Source of the DNA: Octopus sinensis
Taxonomy: Eukaryota
DNA: 64,000 nucleotides
Direction: 5' to 3'
NCBI RefSeq assembly: GCF_006345805.1
Contig: NC_043026.1
Coordinates: 9,920,001-9,984,000, forward strand
Both the position numbers and the translations under genes were made by a program. Numbering within the stretch: position 1 is the stretch's first letter; each line of letters starts with the position of its first letter. This document shows, piece by piece, positions 15,920 to 29,761 of the stretch. The notes under the pieces were generated by a model. The model saw nothing but the letters and a program-made list of their open reading frames with translations. It made no database searches and was not told where the DNA came from.

Positions 15920-16299
15920 GGCGATCTTTCGTCTCTAGTAGACCTTTCCGTCGATTTCCGTAAAAAATTTTTTTTTTTTTACATATGGGCTTGCGGGAAC
16001 TTTTGAATTAATGAGAGCGAAAGAGACTAAGAGAAAGCGATTTTATGACGAGGGAAGTTCTTTTGAAGTTACCGTGCATGGGAAGCATTGATGTACATGT
16101 TGTGTAAGTGAAGTGCTTCTGTTAGTGTGTGTGAAGAGACAGAGTAATGTGTGAAAGAAAGAGATAACTGAAATTTTTTACTCGGTGTATGTGTATATGT
16201 ATGTATATTACTTCAAAAGTTCCCGCAAGCCCATATGTAAAAAAAAAAAAAAAATTTACGGAAATCGACGGAAAGGTCTACTAGAGACGAAAGATCGCC
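15920..16299. mobile_element. MITE with ~85-bp GG...CC TIRs (Merlin-like)
   Basis: TIR GGCGATCTTTCGTCTCTAGTAGACCTTTCC; right flank TCAAATTC equals the left flank of the paralogous copy at 24816. Confidence 0.85.
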
Positions 16300-17345
16300 T
16301 CAAATTCTCTTCAACATTCATTTGAAAATGGTGAGGAAACCTTTTATAAAAAGTCGCGAAAATCTGATTTCCACCCGCTTCTACGACACCGACCACCCCG
16401 ACAATTTGGCGCACAGTCCCCCCACACACAATAAACGGAACTTTCCGTTTTATATATATGTATTTTTTTTCTGTCGGATTCCCATGTTTGCGATGACGAT
16501 TCCGAATATGCAAAAAAACACGTTTTCCAAAATTTTAATTCCCTCAATTTTTTTAAATATTTTTTTTTTTACTCTTTTTAGAAATCTTTTCCGTTTCAAT
16601 CTACGTAGGAAAATATGAGGGTGGAGAAGAGAAATTTCAATTTCAAATTTTTTATGAAAAACTCCAAAATTGATCCACACAGCCTCGCCACCCCTTCTGC
16701 CTAAAAGTTTTGTCCGTTTCCGCATACGTAGATTCATAGTAAAGCAGCAAAAGGACCAAGGCACATGAAGCTCTCACCACGAAACACAATATGCTAAAAA
16801 TAACAGCTAAATGTCTCAGTCACTGGCTCAGCACCTATGTTTGTGTTCTTCATTCCAAAATGATACAAACTTTAATATATTTCCTAAATGGGATTTCATC
16901 CATGTGTATCCACGTGCGTGTGTGTTTGTGGGGGTGTGCAAGAAAGATCTTTTCACCATTCATCAATGTTTATTTTTGCTTGACCTGTCATAAAAGTTGT
17001 AGAACCTGCAACTCTCCATCTGATCAGTTGACCTACTGGAAATAAGTGCACGTTTCCTTTAAATTCCTCCAGTGGGTCAAGAATATTGAAGACTGTATTG
17101 GATGATGTAGTCCTAGATATAGAATGTTATAGAAGTAGACAGGATGTTCGTGGATGGAGTGTCTATAATCACATATCTGCTCAGAACTGACCTCGATCTA
17201 AATAACAGCATGAAATTCTATTTCTGGAGAAAGCCTGATTCTGTGGTTTTATTTCGAAGCTGTTACACAATGTGGAGGGGTCAGTGTAGTGTACACATAT
17301 GGAAGATTCACACAAGATTCTGTGGAGTAAATTTTGATAAATTAA

Positions 17346-17977
17346 CCCTTTGGTGCTTAAGCCGGCCATATCCAGCCCAAATATCCAACATGTTTTACAT
17401 TCAAACTGGCCATTCAAACGTAGGAGTGGCTGTGTGGTAAGTAGCTTGCTAACCAACCACATGGTTCCGGGTTCAGTCCCACTGCGTGGCATCTTGGGCA
17501 AATGTCTTCTGCTATAGCCCCGGGCCGACCAATGCCTTGTGAGTGGATTTGGTAGACGGAAACTGAAGGAAGCCTGTCGTATATATGTATATATATATAT
17601 ATGTGTGTGTTTGTGTGTCTGTGTTTGTCCCCTTAGCATTGCTTGACAACCGATGCTGGTGTGTTTACGTCCCCGTCACTTAGCGGTTCGGCAAAAGAGA
17701 CCGATAGAATAAGTACTGGACTTACAAAGAATAAGTCTCGGGGTCGAGTTGCTCGACTAAAGGCGGTGCTCCAGCATGGCCATAGTCAAATGACTGAAAC
17801 AAGCAAAAGAGTAAAAAAGAGTATATCCAGCCCCTCACACCTAACCTACATTGACATTCTAAGAATAAACTATCACACCATTGAAACTTCAAAGCTGTAA
17901 GATAATGTATGATTAATTGAAAATAATTTGAGTGAAAAAAGTATTACATTTAACAGATTAATCTGAACACTAAAAGG
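17346..17977. mobile_element. piggyBac-like MITE (TTAA flanks) carrying a SINE-A insertion at ~17419-17822
   Basis: TTAA|CCCTTTGG ... CTAAAAGG|TTAA; homologous to 47435-47655. Confidence 0.7.
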
Positions 17978-18722
17978 TTAAAATGTTAATCTCTTCACCA
18001 TCTTTTAACGTCCACTATTTATGCTGGCATGGGTTGGATGGTTTGATCAGGGCTGGCAAACTACGGAGCTGCGGCACACTCCTCTCTGATTTCTTATTCC
18101 TTCTACAGCTGGATGCCTTTCCTTGTGGAAACCATTTCACAGTGCAAACACAACTTTATAAGGCACTGCACAGGCACCTGGTGGCACTGTTATATGGCAC
18201 TGCATGTCTCCTTTCATAAGGAACAATCACAATTGCTTTTCATCACCAGAGCGATGAGTGTACTTCTGCTGTGGAGTACGGGTCTTCGTGAGTACGGCAA
18301 GGTGCCAGGCATCTCGATCTTTGTCATATCACCTGAAAAGTTCAGCATCCTAAGTTCGTTTATCAGCCCTTCCCCCATGTCTTCTTGGGTGTCCCACTTC
18401 CACATGTTCCCTCTACTTTGAGGGATCAGCACTTCCTTAGGGAGCTGTTGGCATCCAGCTTAATTGATCTCATTAGAAATGAATTTGTATTTTTTAAGTA
18501 ACCACAATATCTTACACTGTTGTTTCTCTATAATTTCAGAACATCAGACAACATTGACATAACAGAAGAAACATCCTCAACATCTACCACGTTTCAAAGA
18601 CTAAAAGGAAATATTGTACAAAACAGATGTATCAGATTGTGTTTTACAAATCTGTGGAAGAATTCTTGCGAAACAATTCCTCAGAAGAAAAATATATAAA
18701 CTGATATTTGAGAGGAAAAATA

Positions 18723-20744
18723 ATGGAAAAGAGTGAGAAAAGTGTAGAATTGATTTCCCCTGAACCCAAGACAAAAGAGATGAGTTCATACGATTGTGAT
18801 ATCTGTAGAAAGTCCTTCCTTCAAAAAAGTGACCTAACTATGCACAAACGTATTCATAAAGGAGAGAAACCGTATCCTTGTGACATTTGTGGTAAATCAT
18901 TCTCTTGCAGTAGTAAGTTATCTACACACATACGTTCCCATACAGGAGAGAAACCATATCAATGTGATATCTGTGGTAAATCATTCTCTCGAAGGAGTAA
19001 TGTTACTGCGCACAAACGTACTCATACAGGAGAGAAATCATTCAATTGTGATATCTGTGGTAAATCATTCTCTTACAGTAGTCACTTAACTGATCACAAG
19101 CGTATTCATGCAGGCGAGAAACCATATCATTGTGATATCTGTGGTAAATCATTCTCTCAAAGTGTTCACTTAACTAGACATATACGTACTCATACAGGAG
19201 AGAAACCATATAATTGTGATATCTGTGGTAAATCATTCTCTCATAATAATGCCTTAACAAAACACATGTATATTCATACAGGAGGGAAACCGTATCGCAG
19301 TGATGTTTCTGGTAAACAATTCTCTATTAAAAAATCCTTGACATCACAGAGACGTATTCATACTGGAGAGAAGCCATATCCTTGTGATATTTGTGGCAAA
19401 CCGTTTTCTAGTAATAGTTACTTGAATGTACACAGGCGTATTCATACAGGAGAGACACCATATCAATGTGATATTTGTGGTAAACCATGCTCTAATAATA
19501 GTACGTTAGCAGCACACAAACGTATTCATTCAGGAGAAAAACCATATCATTGTGATATCTGTGGGAAAACATTCACACAAAATATTCACTTATCTACACA
19601 CAAACGTATTCATACAGGAGACAGACCATATCATTGTGATATTTGTGGTAAATCATTCTCTCAAAGTATTCATGTATCTACACATTTACGTACTCATACA
19701 GGAGAGAAACCATTTAATTGTGATATCTGTGGTAAATCATTCTCTGAAAGTAATACCTTAACAAAACACAGACGTATTCATACGGGAGGGAAGCCATATC
19801 ACTGTGATATCTGTGGTAAACGATTCTCTGTTAAAAGATCCTTAACATCACACCATGATACTCATACAGGAGAGAAGCCATATCATTGTGATATCTGTGG
19901 TAAAGCATTCTCTAGTAATAGATCCTTAACTCTACACAGATGTATTCATACAGGAGAGACACCATATCATTGTGATATTTGTGGTAAACCCTTCTCTGCC
20001 AATAGTGCCTTAGCAGCACACAAACGTATTCATACGGGAGAGAAGCCATATCATTGTGATATCTGTGGTAAATCATTCTCTCTTAATTCTGTCTTAACTG
20101 CACATATTCGTGTTCATACAGGAGAGATGCCATATCATTGTGATATTTGTGGTAAACCATACTCTTATAATAGTGCTTTAATATCACACAGACGTATCCA
20201 TACAGGAGAGAGACCATATCATTGTGATATCTGTGGTGAATCATTCTCTCATAATAATACCTTAACTACGCATAAACGTATTCATACAGGAGCAAAGCCA
20301 TATCATTGTGATATCTGCGGTGAATCTTTCTCTCATAATAGGGTCTTAACTACACATAAACGTATTCATACCGGAGAGAAGCCATATCACTGTGATATCT
20401 GCGGTGAAGCTTTCTCTCAAAGTAGTATCCTAATTACACACAAACGTACTCATACAGGAGAGAGACCATATCATTGTGATGTCTGTGGTAAATCATTCTC
20501 ACAAAATATTCACTTATCTACACACAAACGTATTCATACAGGAGAGAGACCATACCCTTGTGATATTTGTGGTAAATCATTCTCTCGAAATAGCCACTTA
20601 TCTACACATATACGTACTCATACAGGAGAGAAACCATTTAATTGTGATATCTGTGGTAAATCATTCTCTGAAAGTAATACCTTAACAAAACACAGACGTA
20701 TTCATACAGGAGGGAAGCCATATCACTGTGTTAACATAGCATAA
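18723..20744 (+). CDS. ZNF4: C2H2 zinc-finger protein, 23 finger units (unit 7 degenerate); terminal finger deleted
   Basis: ORF 18708..20744; ATG 18723; acceptor 18539. It ends YHC-VNIA* because the core of the usual last finger is missing before TTAACA. Confidence 0.93.
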   Translation: MEKSEKSVELISPEPKTKEMSSYDCDICRKSFLQKSDLTMHKRIHKGEKPYPCDICGKSFSCSSKLSTHIRSHTGEKPYQCDICGKSFSRRSNVTAHKRTHTGEKSFNCDICGKSFSYSSHLTDHKRIHAGEKPYHCDICGKSFSQSVHLTRHIRTHTGEKPYNCDICGKSFSHNNALTKHMYIHTGGKPYRSDVSGKQFSIKKSLTSQRRIHTGEKPYPCDICGKPFSSNSYLNVHRRIHTGETPYQCDICGKPCSNNSTLAAHKRIHSGEKPYHCDICGKTFTQNIHLSTHKRIHTGDRPYHCDICGKSFSQSIHVSTHLRTHTGEKPFNCDICGKSFSESNTLTKHRRIHTGGKPYHCDICGKRFSVKRSLTSHHDTHTGEKPYHCDICGKAFSSNRSLTLHRCIHTGETPYHCDICGKPFSANSALAAHKRIHTGEKPYHCDICGKSFSLNSVLTAHIRVHTGEMPYHCDICGKPYSYNSALISHRRIHTGERPYHCDICGESFSHNNTLTTHKRIHTGAKPYHCDICGESFSHNRVLTTHKRIHTGEKPYHCDICGEAFSQSSILITHKRTHTGERPYHCDVCGKSFSQNIHLSTHKRIHTGERPYPCDICGKSFSRNSHLSTHIRTHTGEKPFNCDICGKSFSESNTLTKHRRIHTGGKPYHCVNIA

Positions 20745-21829
20745 ACATATTCATACTAGTGAGAAATGAAAAATGTAGTTTCTCATTTCTTATTTGCTAT
20801 ATATATGTAATTTTCCTGTGTTACGCAATGAAAATTGTGACTGAAGTATTTCCAAAACATTTTGATTTTTTTTCATTTTATTTTTTCAATTTTGTCCTGC
20901 TTCTTCCTTGATCATTCATGCATTCTCTTTCCAGAGTGTGAGGACTTCCATAGCAAAACTTCTCCTCCTTCTGAAAACCCTACACATCATCTTTTATCGG
21001 TTACTGCATCCATAAATTTATGTGAATTTATTGCTTATAATCTTTTTAATGCTTCACTCATGAAATATATTATAAGGAAAAAGGCACCCACTACACTTTC
21101 GGAGTGGCTGGCATTATGTAGGGCATCCAGCTGTAGAAACTCTGCCAGTTCAAGATTGGGGCCTGGTGCAGCCATCTGGTTCACCAGCCCTCAGTCAAAA
21201 TCGTCCAACTCATGCTAGCATGGAAACTGGATTTTAAACGATGATGATGATGACAGTAACATAAGATGTGACTGTTTGATACACATCAATATTGGTGTTC
21301 AGCCTAGATAAACTATGAAATATCTTTTCTTACTATGACCCAGTTTAGCTGTGGCATATTTATAAAAATAGAACAGTAAATAGAATGCTCTCTTTTTTTT
21401 TACTTGACACCTGTAACAGAGGCAACATGGTTTGTCTCAGAGACATACAGATGTGCTTTTGTCTATTTGTTGGCTGCCACAGACGTATCATTTCTCTCTT
21501 GTCCTGTCTACTCAGAGATGTTTATACAATGGACAACATAACTAATCCCTGTCTTTATGTATCAACGACTCTAAATTGTTGTTTCACTGATAATTCTAAA
21601 TGAAACCCAATTCACCTTTGATGTATTCTTTGGGGAGGGGTTTCACCTTTTGTACTTTTAAGTTTGTTTTCTTTCTTTTATATTTTTGTAAAATCTGTTG
21701 CTGAATAAAAATTCTATATTGTTCTTTATTATATACTGCATCCAACATTTCTGTGAATTTATTGCTTATAATCTTTTAAAAAGCTTCATCCATTAAATCC
21801 ACAGACGTATCATCTCTTGTCCTGTCGTT

Positions 21830-22330
21830 TAAGTGCTTATCCTAAATGCTAGCATGGCTTGGACGGTTCTAACTGCGGGGTGTTCGGGGTTGACAGCGTA
21901 GCCGGACAGGTTTGTGGTACCAGGCGCGAGACAAAAGATTGTCCCCCCCCCATCCCACACAGGCTGGTGTGTTGCTACAGCGGGGATGCCCTTCGTCGCC
22001 AAACCACTCCCGAGAGTTGTAGTGGGTGATTTTATGTGCACCGACACAGGTGCCAGACAAGGCTGGCGAACAGCCACGCTCGGATGGTGTTTTTTATGTG
22101 CCACTGACACAGGTGCCAGACGAGGCTGGCAGACGGCCACCCTCGGATGGTGTTTTTTATGTGCCACTGACACAGGTGCCAGACGAGGCTGGCGAACGGC
22201 CACGCTCGGATGGTGTTTTTTATGTGCCACCGACACAGGTGCCAGACGAGGCTGGCGAACGTCCATGCTCGGATGGTGTTTTTTATGTGTCACCGACACA
22301 GGTGCCAGACGAGGCTGGCGAACGGCCCTA
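21830..22330 (-). mobile_element. RTE-tail-like retroposon with internal 63-bp VNTR (~5 units)
   Basis: GCTAGCATGG...GGATGCCCTTC family signature followed by tandem GTGCCA...GGCTGGC...CGGATGGTG units. Confidence 0.75.
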
Positions 22331-22432
22331 AAAGCATAATAATAGACCAAAAACTATCAAATAGATTATGGCTGCGAGACAGATGGTTTCCTCTCCTGGA
22401 TGTTTGCTAACTTTTTTCTGCTACATCTTCAT

Positions 22433-22888
22433 CCCTTTAATGTTCAAATCCAGCTAAAATATTCTCCCTATTTTATGTTCAAACTAGTCAGATATGGTCA
22501 TTCATAGCTATTTTATTGTGTCATCTTAAAAATAAAGATTTATTAATATAGGCGCAGGAGAGGCTGTGTGGTAAGTAACTTGTTTACCAACCACATGGTT
22601 CCGGGTTCAGTCCCACTGCGTGGCATCTTGGGCAAGTCTTCTGCTATAGTCTCGGGCCGACCAAAGCCTTGTGAGTGGATTTGGTAGACGGAAACTGAAA
22701 GAAGCCCATCGTATATATGTATATAGGCGTAGGCATGGCTGTGTGGTAAGTAGCTTGTTTACCAACCACATGGTTCCGGGTTCAGTCCCACTGCGCGGCA
22801 TCTTGGGCAAGTTTTCTGCTATAGTCTCGGGCCGACCAAAGCCTTGTGAGTGGATTTGGTAGACGGAAACTGAAAGAAGCCCGTCGTA

Positions 22889-22926
<38 letters not shown>

Positions 22927-23236
22927 TGTCTGTGTTTGTCCCTCTAGCATTGAGAACCGATGCTGGTGTGTTTACGTCCCTGTCACTCAGTGGTTCGACA
23001 AAAAGAGACCGATAGAATAAGTACTGGGTTTACAAATAAGTCCTGGGGTCGATTCGCGCGACTAGAGGCGGTGCTCCAGCATGGCCGCAGTCAAATGACT
23101 GAAACAAGTAAAAGAGATAAAAAAAGAGAAAGAGACATCATTGAAATCTCAAAGCCATGAAATTATGCAGGATTAATCTTACATGGTGTGAATACATAAG
23201 CTTTACATTTTACGGAAGAATCGGAATGCTAAAGGG
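22433..23236. mobile_element. piggyBac-like MITE carrying a SINE-A with duplicated head (~22551-23135)
   Basis: CCCTTTAA ... CTAAAGGG|TTAA; SINE head present at 22551 and again at ~22730. Confidence 0.7.
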
Positions 23237-23599
23237 TTAATGTTTATACACGCCAACAATATTGACTGTTCACCAAGGTATAAAGTGGTTTTCTTAACCT
23301 TTGGTTACTATGGAAACAGTTCTTCGCAATCAGCGATGCATCACGTGGTGTGGATCTTTGTACGTTTCGCCTGGTGTGGTAACGTTTCTGCCAGCTCTCC
23401 GCCTTTACTCAGATAAAAATCTTTATTATGATCAAACTGATCGTACATAGAAAAGGACATAACCAGACAAACAATTACAAAAATGTTAAATGAGTTCGAA
23501 TGAGCATTAAGTTAGAAATTTGCTTTAAAAATATTTTATATAACGATTAATTTTTCCTTTAACTAGAACTTAAAAGAAAAGAAAGAAAACGAACAAAAG

Positions 23600-24320
23600 T
23601 TCACGAGATCGAAACCGGCAGCCTATAAGGCCCAGCAACTATCTTTTCCTTTCGTCAGTGATTAAGCTGGGCTACTAGCACCCACCTTTCTCATCACATC
23701 CTTCCATCGTTTCTCGTATTCTCTCGGTGGCAGGGGGTCCTGCTCTCCAACCCCATCTTGCTCTTCAGATGGTATCCGAAGTAAGACAGCAAACCGACGC
23801 CAGAAATGAAGGACCCTTTCACAGAACCTTCCATTCTAGTCCTCCAAACACACCCTTTCAGTACTACAACCGTACAGTAAAAACAAGCCTTACCTTCCTT
23901 CGTGAGTTCAGTCGGCGATATCTATTTCTTTATTACCCACAAGGGGCCAAACATAGAGGGGACAAACAAGGACAGACAAACGAATTAAGTCGATTACATC
24001 GACCCCAGTGCGTAACTGGTACTTATTTAATCGACCCCGAAAGGATGAAAGGCAAAGTCGACCTCGGCGGAATTTGAACTCAGAACGTAACAGCAGACGA
24101 AATACCGCTAAGTATTTCGCCCGGTGTGCTAACGTTTCTGCCAGCTCGCCGCCTTACCACGATATCATCTTTATCATAGATCCAGCCGAAAGCTGTACTC
24201 GTCCCAGATGAGATAGCACGTGTTCAACGTAACTTATCAAGCTAGATAGCTCCCGGCATTGTAGAAAAGTGTGCTGGAGAGTCTCATTGACCAGCCCGCA
24301 TCTTGGACACGTCGGTGGCT
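23600..24320 (-). mobile_element. L1/Tx1-like LINE C-terminal fragment interrupted by SINE-B (~23915-24155)
   Basis: Minus-strand CPRCGLVNETLQHTFLQC (zinc-knuckle-like) and GCVWRTRM...YFGYHLKSK, homologous to 29795..30013. Confidence 0.6.
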
Positions 24321-24414
24321 CGCCCTTACTCAGATATAAATATGCACACATAAATATAATCAGGTGCAATAAGCTAAAATATAAAGGGTTTTAAGAAGGG
24401 TTATCTGTCTTAGG

Positions 24415-24610
24415 CAGGAGACACGCATGCGCATTGGCTTTCTTTCCGACATCACATTGAGATCGGTTTCGAATGTCTTTTGCAAGAATTTCTCTTCGTC
24501 AGATTCTCTAATACATTTATTATACTTATAATATTCATAATTTATTCCTCAACTGCCAGACACAGACATATATATAACAACACCGTCTTTTATGAAACGT
24601 TTCCGTAAGT
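24415..24610 (+). promoter_or_regulatory. ZNF5 promoter and exon 1 module (motif 24422-24433; donor at 24605)
   Basis: CACGCATGCGCA ... TTCC|GTAAGT; part of a recent duplication of ~15.43-16.7 kb at ~24.32-25.55 kb. Confidence 0.7.
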
Positions 24611-24815
24611 ATTAAGCAAAGAAAATATTCAATGTTTTTTTGGTCTAATTTTTGTTTTTCTTTAATGAATGGGAGACGTTCTCTGTCCTTGATTTGTGCG
24701 GGATCTGCCTGCTATTTCTAGCTGTGGGAGGCAGGTGGCCTTGATATGTGGCCTTGAATAGCTCATACGCATAAGTTGAATGTTACCCGATATGAGAGAG
24801 ATTTTCTTCAAATTC

Positions 24816-25117
24816 GGCGATCTTTCGTCTCTAGTAGACCTTTCCGTCGATTTCCGTAAAAAAAAATTTTTTTTTTTACATATGGGCTTGCGGGAACTTT
24901 TGAAGTAATATACATACATATACACATACACCGAGTAAAAAATTTCAGTTATCTCTTTCTTTCACACATTACTCTGTCTCTTCACACACACTAACAGAAG
25001 CACTTCACTTACACAACATACTGTCTGTCTCCCACACCCCATCAAACACACACACACACACATGTACATCAATGCTTCCCCTGGACGGGAAAGGTCTGCT
25101 AGAGACGAAGGATTGCC
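24816..25117. mobile_element. Merlin-like MITE, internally deleted
   Basis: Same TIR as 15920; right end shortened; followed by a ~55-bp copy of the left flank. Confidence 0.8.
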
Positions 25118-26146
25118 GCTCATACGCATAAGTTGAATGTTACCCGATTTGAAAGAGATTCTTTCAAATTCTCTTCAACATTCATTTGAAAATGGTGAGG
25201 AAACCTTTTATAAAAAGTCGCGAAAATCTGATTTCCACCCGCTTTTACGACACCGACCACCCCGACAATTTGGCGCACAGTCCCCCCACACACAATAAAC
25301 GGAACTTTCCGTTTTATATATATATGTATTTTTTTTTCTGTCGGATTCCTATGTTTTCGATGACGATTCCGAATATGCAAAAAAAAAAAGTTTTCCAAAA
25401 TTTTAATTCCCTCAATTTTTAAAAATATTTTTTTACTCTTTTTAGAAATCTTTTCCGTTTCAATCTACGTAGGAAAATATGAGGGTGGAGAAGAGAAATT
25501 TCGATTTCACATTTTTTATGAAAAACTCCAAAATTCATCCACATGCCTTTCCTAGTACCAACCACTTCACAGTGCAAAGAGTACTTTATAAAGCACTGCA
25601 CAGGCACATGGTGGCACTTTTAAATGGCACTGCCTGTCCGCTTTTATGAGGAACAATCACAATTGCTTTTCGTCACCAGAGGGATGAGTGTACTTCTGCT
25701 GTGGAGTACGGGTCTTCTTGAGTACGGCAAGGTGCCAGGCATCTCGATCTTTGTCATATCACCTGAAAAGTTCAGCATCCGAAGTTCGTTTATCAGCCCT
25801 TCCACCCATGTCTCCTTGGGTGTCCCACTTCCACGTGTTCCCTCTACTCTGAGGGATCAGCACTTCCTTAGGGAGCATCCAGCTTAGTTGATCTCATTAG
25901 AAATGAATTTGTATTTTTTAAGTAATCACAATATCTTACACTGTTGTTTCTCTATAATTTCAGAACATCAGACAACATTGACATAACAGAAGAAACATCC
26001 TCAACATCTACCACGTTTCAAAGACTAAAAGGAAATATTGTACAAAACAGATGTATCAGATTGTGTTTTACAAATCTGTGGAAGAATTCTTGTGAAACAA
26101 TTCCTCAGAAGAAAAATATATAAACTGATATTTGAGAGGAAAAATA

Positions 26147-27976
26147 ATGGAAAAGAGTGAGAAAAGTGTAGAATTGATTTCCCCTGAACCCAAGACAAAA
26201 GAGCTGATATCATACGATTGTGATATCTGTAGAAAGTCCTTCCTTCAAAAAAGTGACCTAACTATGCACAAACGTACACATAGGGGAGAGAAACCGTATC
26301 GTTGTGATATCTGTGGTAAATTATTCTCTTGCAGTAGTAAGTTATCTCTACACATACGTTCCCATACAGGAGAGAAACCCTATCAGTGTGATGTCTGTGA
26401 TAAATCATTCACTGATAATGGTGCTCTAACTTCTCACAAACGTATTCATACAGGAGACAAACCTTATCAGTGTGATGTCTGTGGTAAATCATTCTTTAAC
26501 ATTTGCTATGTAACAAAGCACAAACGTTCTCATACGGGAGAGAAGCCATATCATTGCGATATCTGTGGTAAATCGTTCTTTCGTAGTAGTTACGTTACTG
26601 TGCACAAGCGTATTCATACAGGTGAGAAACCATATCCTTGTGACATTTGTGGTAAATTATTCTCTTGCAGTAGTAAGTTATCTACACACGTACGTTCACA
26701 TACAGGAGAGAAACCATATCATTGTGATATCTGTGGTAAATCATTTTCTCGAAGGAGTAACGTTACTGTGCACAAACGTACTCATACAGGAGAGACACCA
26801 TATCCCTGTGATATCTGTGGTAAATCATTCTCTCAAAGAAATCACTTAACTGAACACAGACGTATTCATGCAGGAGAGAAACCATATCATTGTGATATTT
26901 GTGGTAAATCATTTTCTCAAAGTATTCACTTATCTACACACATACGTATTCACACGGGCGAGAAACCATACCACTGTGATTTCTGTGATAAACAATTCTC
27001 TGAAAGTCATGCCTTAACAAAACACATGCGTATTCATACAGGAGAGAAGCCATATCACTGTGATATTTGTGGTAAACGGTTCTCTAGTAAAAGATCCTTA
27101 ACATCACATAATCATACTCACACAGGAAAGAAGCCACATCATTGTGATATTTGCGGTAAACCATGTTCTAATAATAGCTACTTAACTGTTCACAAACGTA
27201 TTCATACAGGAGAGACACCATACCATTGTGACATTTGTGGTAAACCATGCTCTAATAATAGTGCCTTAACATCTCACAGACGTATTCATACTGGAGAGAA
27301 GCCATATCATTGTGATATTTGTGGTAAATCATTCTCTCATAGTAATACATTGAAGGGACACAAATCCATGCATACAGGGGAAAAGCCATTTCATTGTGAC
27401 ATCTGTGGTAAATCATTCTCTCTAAATGGTGACTTAACAAAACACAGACGTATTCATACAGGAGGGAAGCCATTTCATTGTGATATTTGTGGTAAACCAT
27501 TCTCTGGCAAAGGTGGCTTAGCAACACACAAACGTATTCATACAGGAGAGAAACCATATCATTGTGATATCTGTGGGAAATCATTCTCCCAAAGTATTCA
27601 CTTAACTATACACACACGTATTCATACAGGAGAGATGCCTTACCATTGTGATATTTGTGGTAAACCATGCTCTAATAATAGTGCTTTAACATCACACAGA
27701 CGTATTCATACGGGAGAGAAACCATATCATTGTGATATCTGCGGTGAATCCTTCTCTCATAATAATATCTTAACTACACATAAACGTATTCATACAGGAG
27801 AGAAGCCCTATCACTGTGATATCTGTGGTAAACACTTCTCTCACAATAGTACGTTAACTACTCATAAACGTCTTCATACAGGAGAGAGACCATATCATTG
27901 TGATATCTGTGGTAAATCTTTCTATCAAAATAGTAAGTTAACAAAACACAGACATATTCATACTAGTGAGAAATGA
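26147..27976 (+). CDS. ZNF5: C2H2 zinc-finger protein, 21 fingers
   Basis: ORF 26132..27976; ATG 26147; acceptor 25963. Confidence 0.93.
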   Translation: MEKSEKSVELISPEPKTKELISYDCDICRKSFLQKSDLTMHKRTHRGEKPYRCDICGKLFSCSSKLSLHIRSHTGEKPYQCDVCDKSFTDNGALTSHKRIHTGDKPYQCDVCGKSFFNICYVTKHKRSHTGEKPYHCDICGKSFFRSSYVTVHKRIHTGEKPYPCDICGKLFSCSSKLSTHVRSHTGEKPYHCDICGKSFSRRSNVTVHKRTHTGETPYPCDICGKSFSQRNHLTEHRRIHAGEKPYHCDICGKSFSQSIHLSTHIRIHTGEKPYHCDFCDKQFSESHALTKHMRIHTGEKPYHCDICGKRFSSKRSLTSHNHTHTGKKPHHCDICGKPCSNNSYLTVHKRIHTGETPYHCDICGKPCSNNSALTSHRRIHTGEKPYHCDICGKSFSHSNTLKGHKSMHTGEKPFHCDICGKSFSLNGDLTKHRRIHTGGKPFHCDICGKPFSGKGGLATHKRIHTGEKPYHCDICGKSFSQSIHLTIHTRIHTGEMPYHCDICGKPCSNNSALTSHRRIHTGEKPYHCDICGESFSHNNILTTHKRIHTGEKPYHCDICGKHFSHNSTLTTHKRLHTGERPYHCDICGKSFYQNSKLTKHRHIHTSEK

Positions 27977-28429
27977 AAAGGGTAGTTTCTCATTTCTTAT
28001 TTGCTATATATATGTAATTTTCCTGTGTGTTACGCAGTGAAACTTGTGACTGAAGTATTTCCAAAACATTTTGATTTTTTTTCTGTCCTGCTTCTTCCTT
28101 GATCATTCATGCATTCTCTTTCCAGAGTGTGAGGACTTCCATACCAAAACTTCTCCTCCTTCTGAAAACCTTACTCATCATCTTTTATCGGTTACTGCAT
28201 CCACAAATTTCTGTGAATTTATTGCTTATAATCTTTTAAATGCTTCATCCATTAAATATAACGTAACGGCAGACGAAATACGGCTACGCATATTTCCCAG
28301 TGTGCTAATGTTTCTGCCAGCTTGCAAATAAATATAAAATTTGATAAAACACAATCTGATGCTTTATCATAAATTCCCATGTATCAAATAAAAATTGTTT
28401 CAAGATTTTTGAAATAGAGATTCCTTTTT

Positions 28430-28620
28430 CCTTGTTACCCCCAACCTAGAGAAGGTGGAGGCATTGTTTTCAGTCATGTTTTGTTTGTTTGTCCGTGGGC
28501 AAGATATCTGAAGAACCGCTGGATGGATTTGGTTGAAACTTTCAGGGATGTTTGGCCTCATGACTGGCACAGACTGATTAGATTTGGGGATCGACCCGGT
28601 ACTGGTGTACACCCAGCTGA
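28430..28620. mobile_element. Possible DINE-1/HINE-like non-autonomous element fragment
   Basis: TTACCCCCAACC...GTTTGTTTGTCCG...GGATGGATTTGGTTGAAACTT layout typical of such elements; no TIR or TSD established. Confidence 0.3.
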
Positions 28621-29552
28621 TTGATTATCGTTGATTATCGTTGTGGGCACTATACACTTAGAAACCATTGGTAAAACTCTTTCCTTGCAATGAGTTCTGT
28701 AGATACACAATCAAGTGGTAGTCGAATGACACAATATCAGGAAAATATGGATGATGGGGTAAGAGATCCTATGCATGTCTTCAGCTGTTGCAGCCCATGT
28801 TTCACTGCTGTGCAGTATGGCAGTTCACATGCATGCATCATACAAGCTACCTTTCACTCTGAGCATGAGCTAGGAGCTTTTTAAACTTTGCTCAGGCTAT
28901 TCTTATTCTAGTGGTAACACTCCAAGCATCTATCCCCATTACAGAATTGGTCACCTATGTAGCAGAAGCTATCAACTACTTCTAGTTTCTCCCGCTGGTA
29001 TGTGATGGAATCCGTTTTCAGTGAGGAATATTGTAAAGTTGTTAAATATGTACATAAACAATGACCCCAAGTAATAAACAGAAAAGACCACAAAGGAAGA
29101 ACATGAGGCATAAATATAGTTTAGTGCCCCAAACCAGACTTATTCCTTGTTAGTGTCTGAAGAATAGTTTCTTTAAATGAAACTTTGCAGAGATACATTT
29201 TCAGTTGTCTAGATTATGATGATTTTCATAAAATTGAGAAAAAACATTTTGGAAGAGATTCTGGTCATTGTCAACCCCACCCTGTTTTTGTTACTACTAA
29301 CTTCAGGTCTTGAGGAAACATACTGGCAACTTGATCACCAATGAATTTGGTGACACACAAGCCAGATTGGCTACATTCTAACCAGAAAGCAGCTTAAGCA
29401 GATAGTTCTGAATGCAAAGTCATTCCCAGTAAAGAGTGGACTTCACAACATAGGTTAGCAGTTAGTGTTTTGACACTTAGAACGAGATGGTTTCAGATAT
29501 TTCAACCAATCTGGTAGAGGAAGTCTTAGAAACCTAGGGATCCAGTTGGAGA

Positions 29553-29760
29553 CATCATCATCATCGTTTAACGTCTTTTCCATGCTGGCATGGGTTGGAA
29601 GGGTCTGGGAAGCCAGGAGGCTGCGCCAGGCTCCAGTCTGATTTGGCAGTGTTTCTACAGGTGGATGCCCTCCTTAACGCCAACCACTTCGTGAATGTAG
29701 TGGGTGCTTTTTACGTGCCACCGGCACAGGGGCCTGACGAAGTTGGCAAACGGCCCACCA
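29553..29760 (-). mobile_element. RTE-tail-like retroposon fragment
   Basis: (ATC)n-GTTTAACGTC...GGATGCCCTCCTTAACGCCAACC. Confidence 0.75.
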
Positions 29761-29761
29761 C

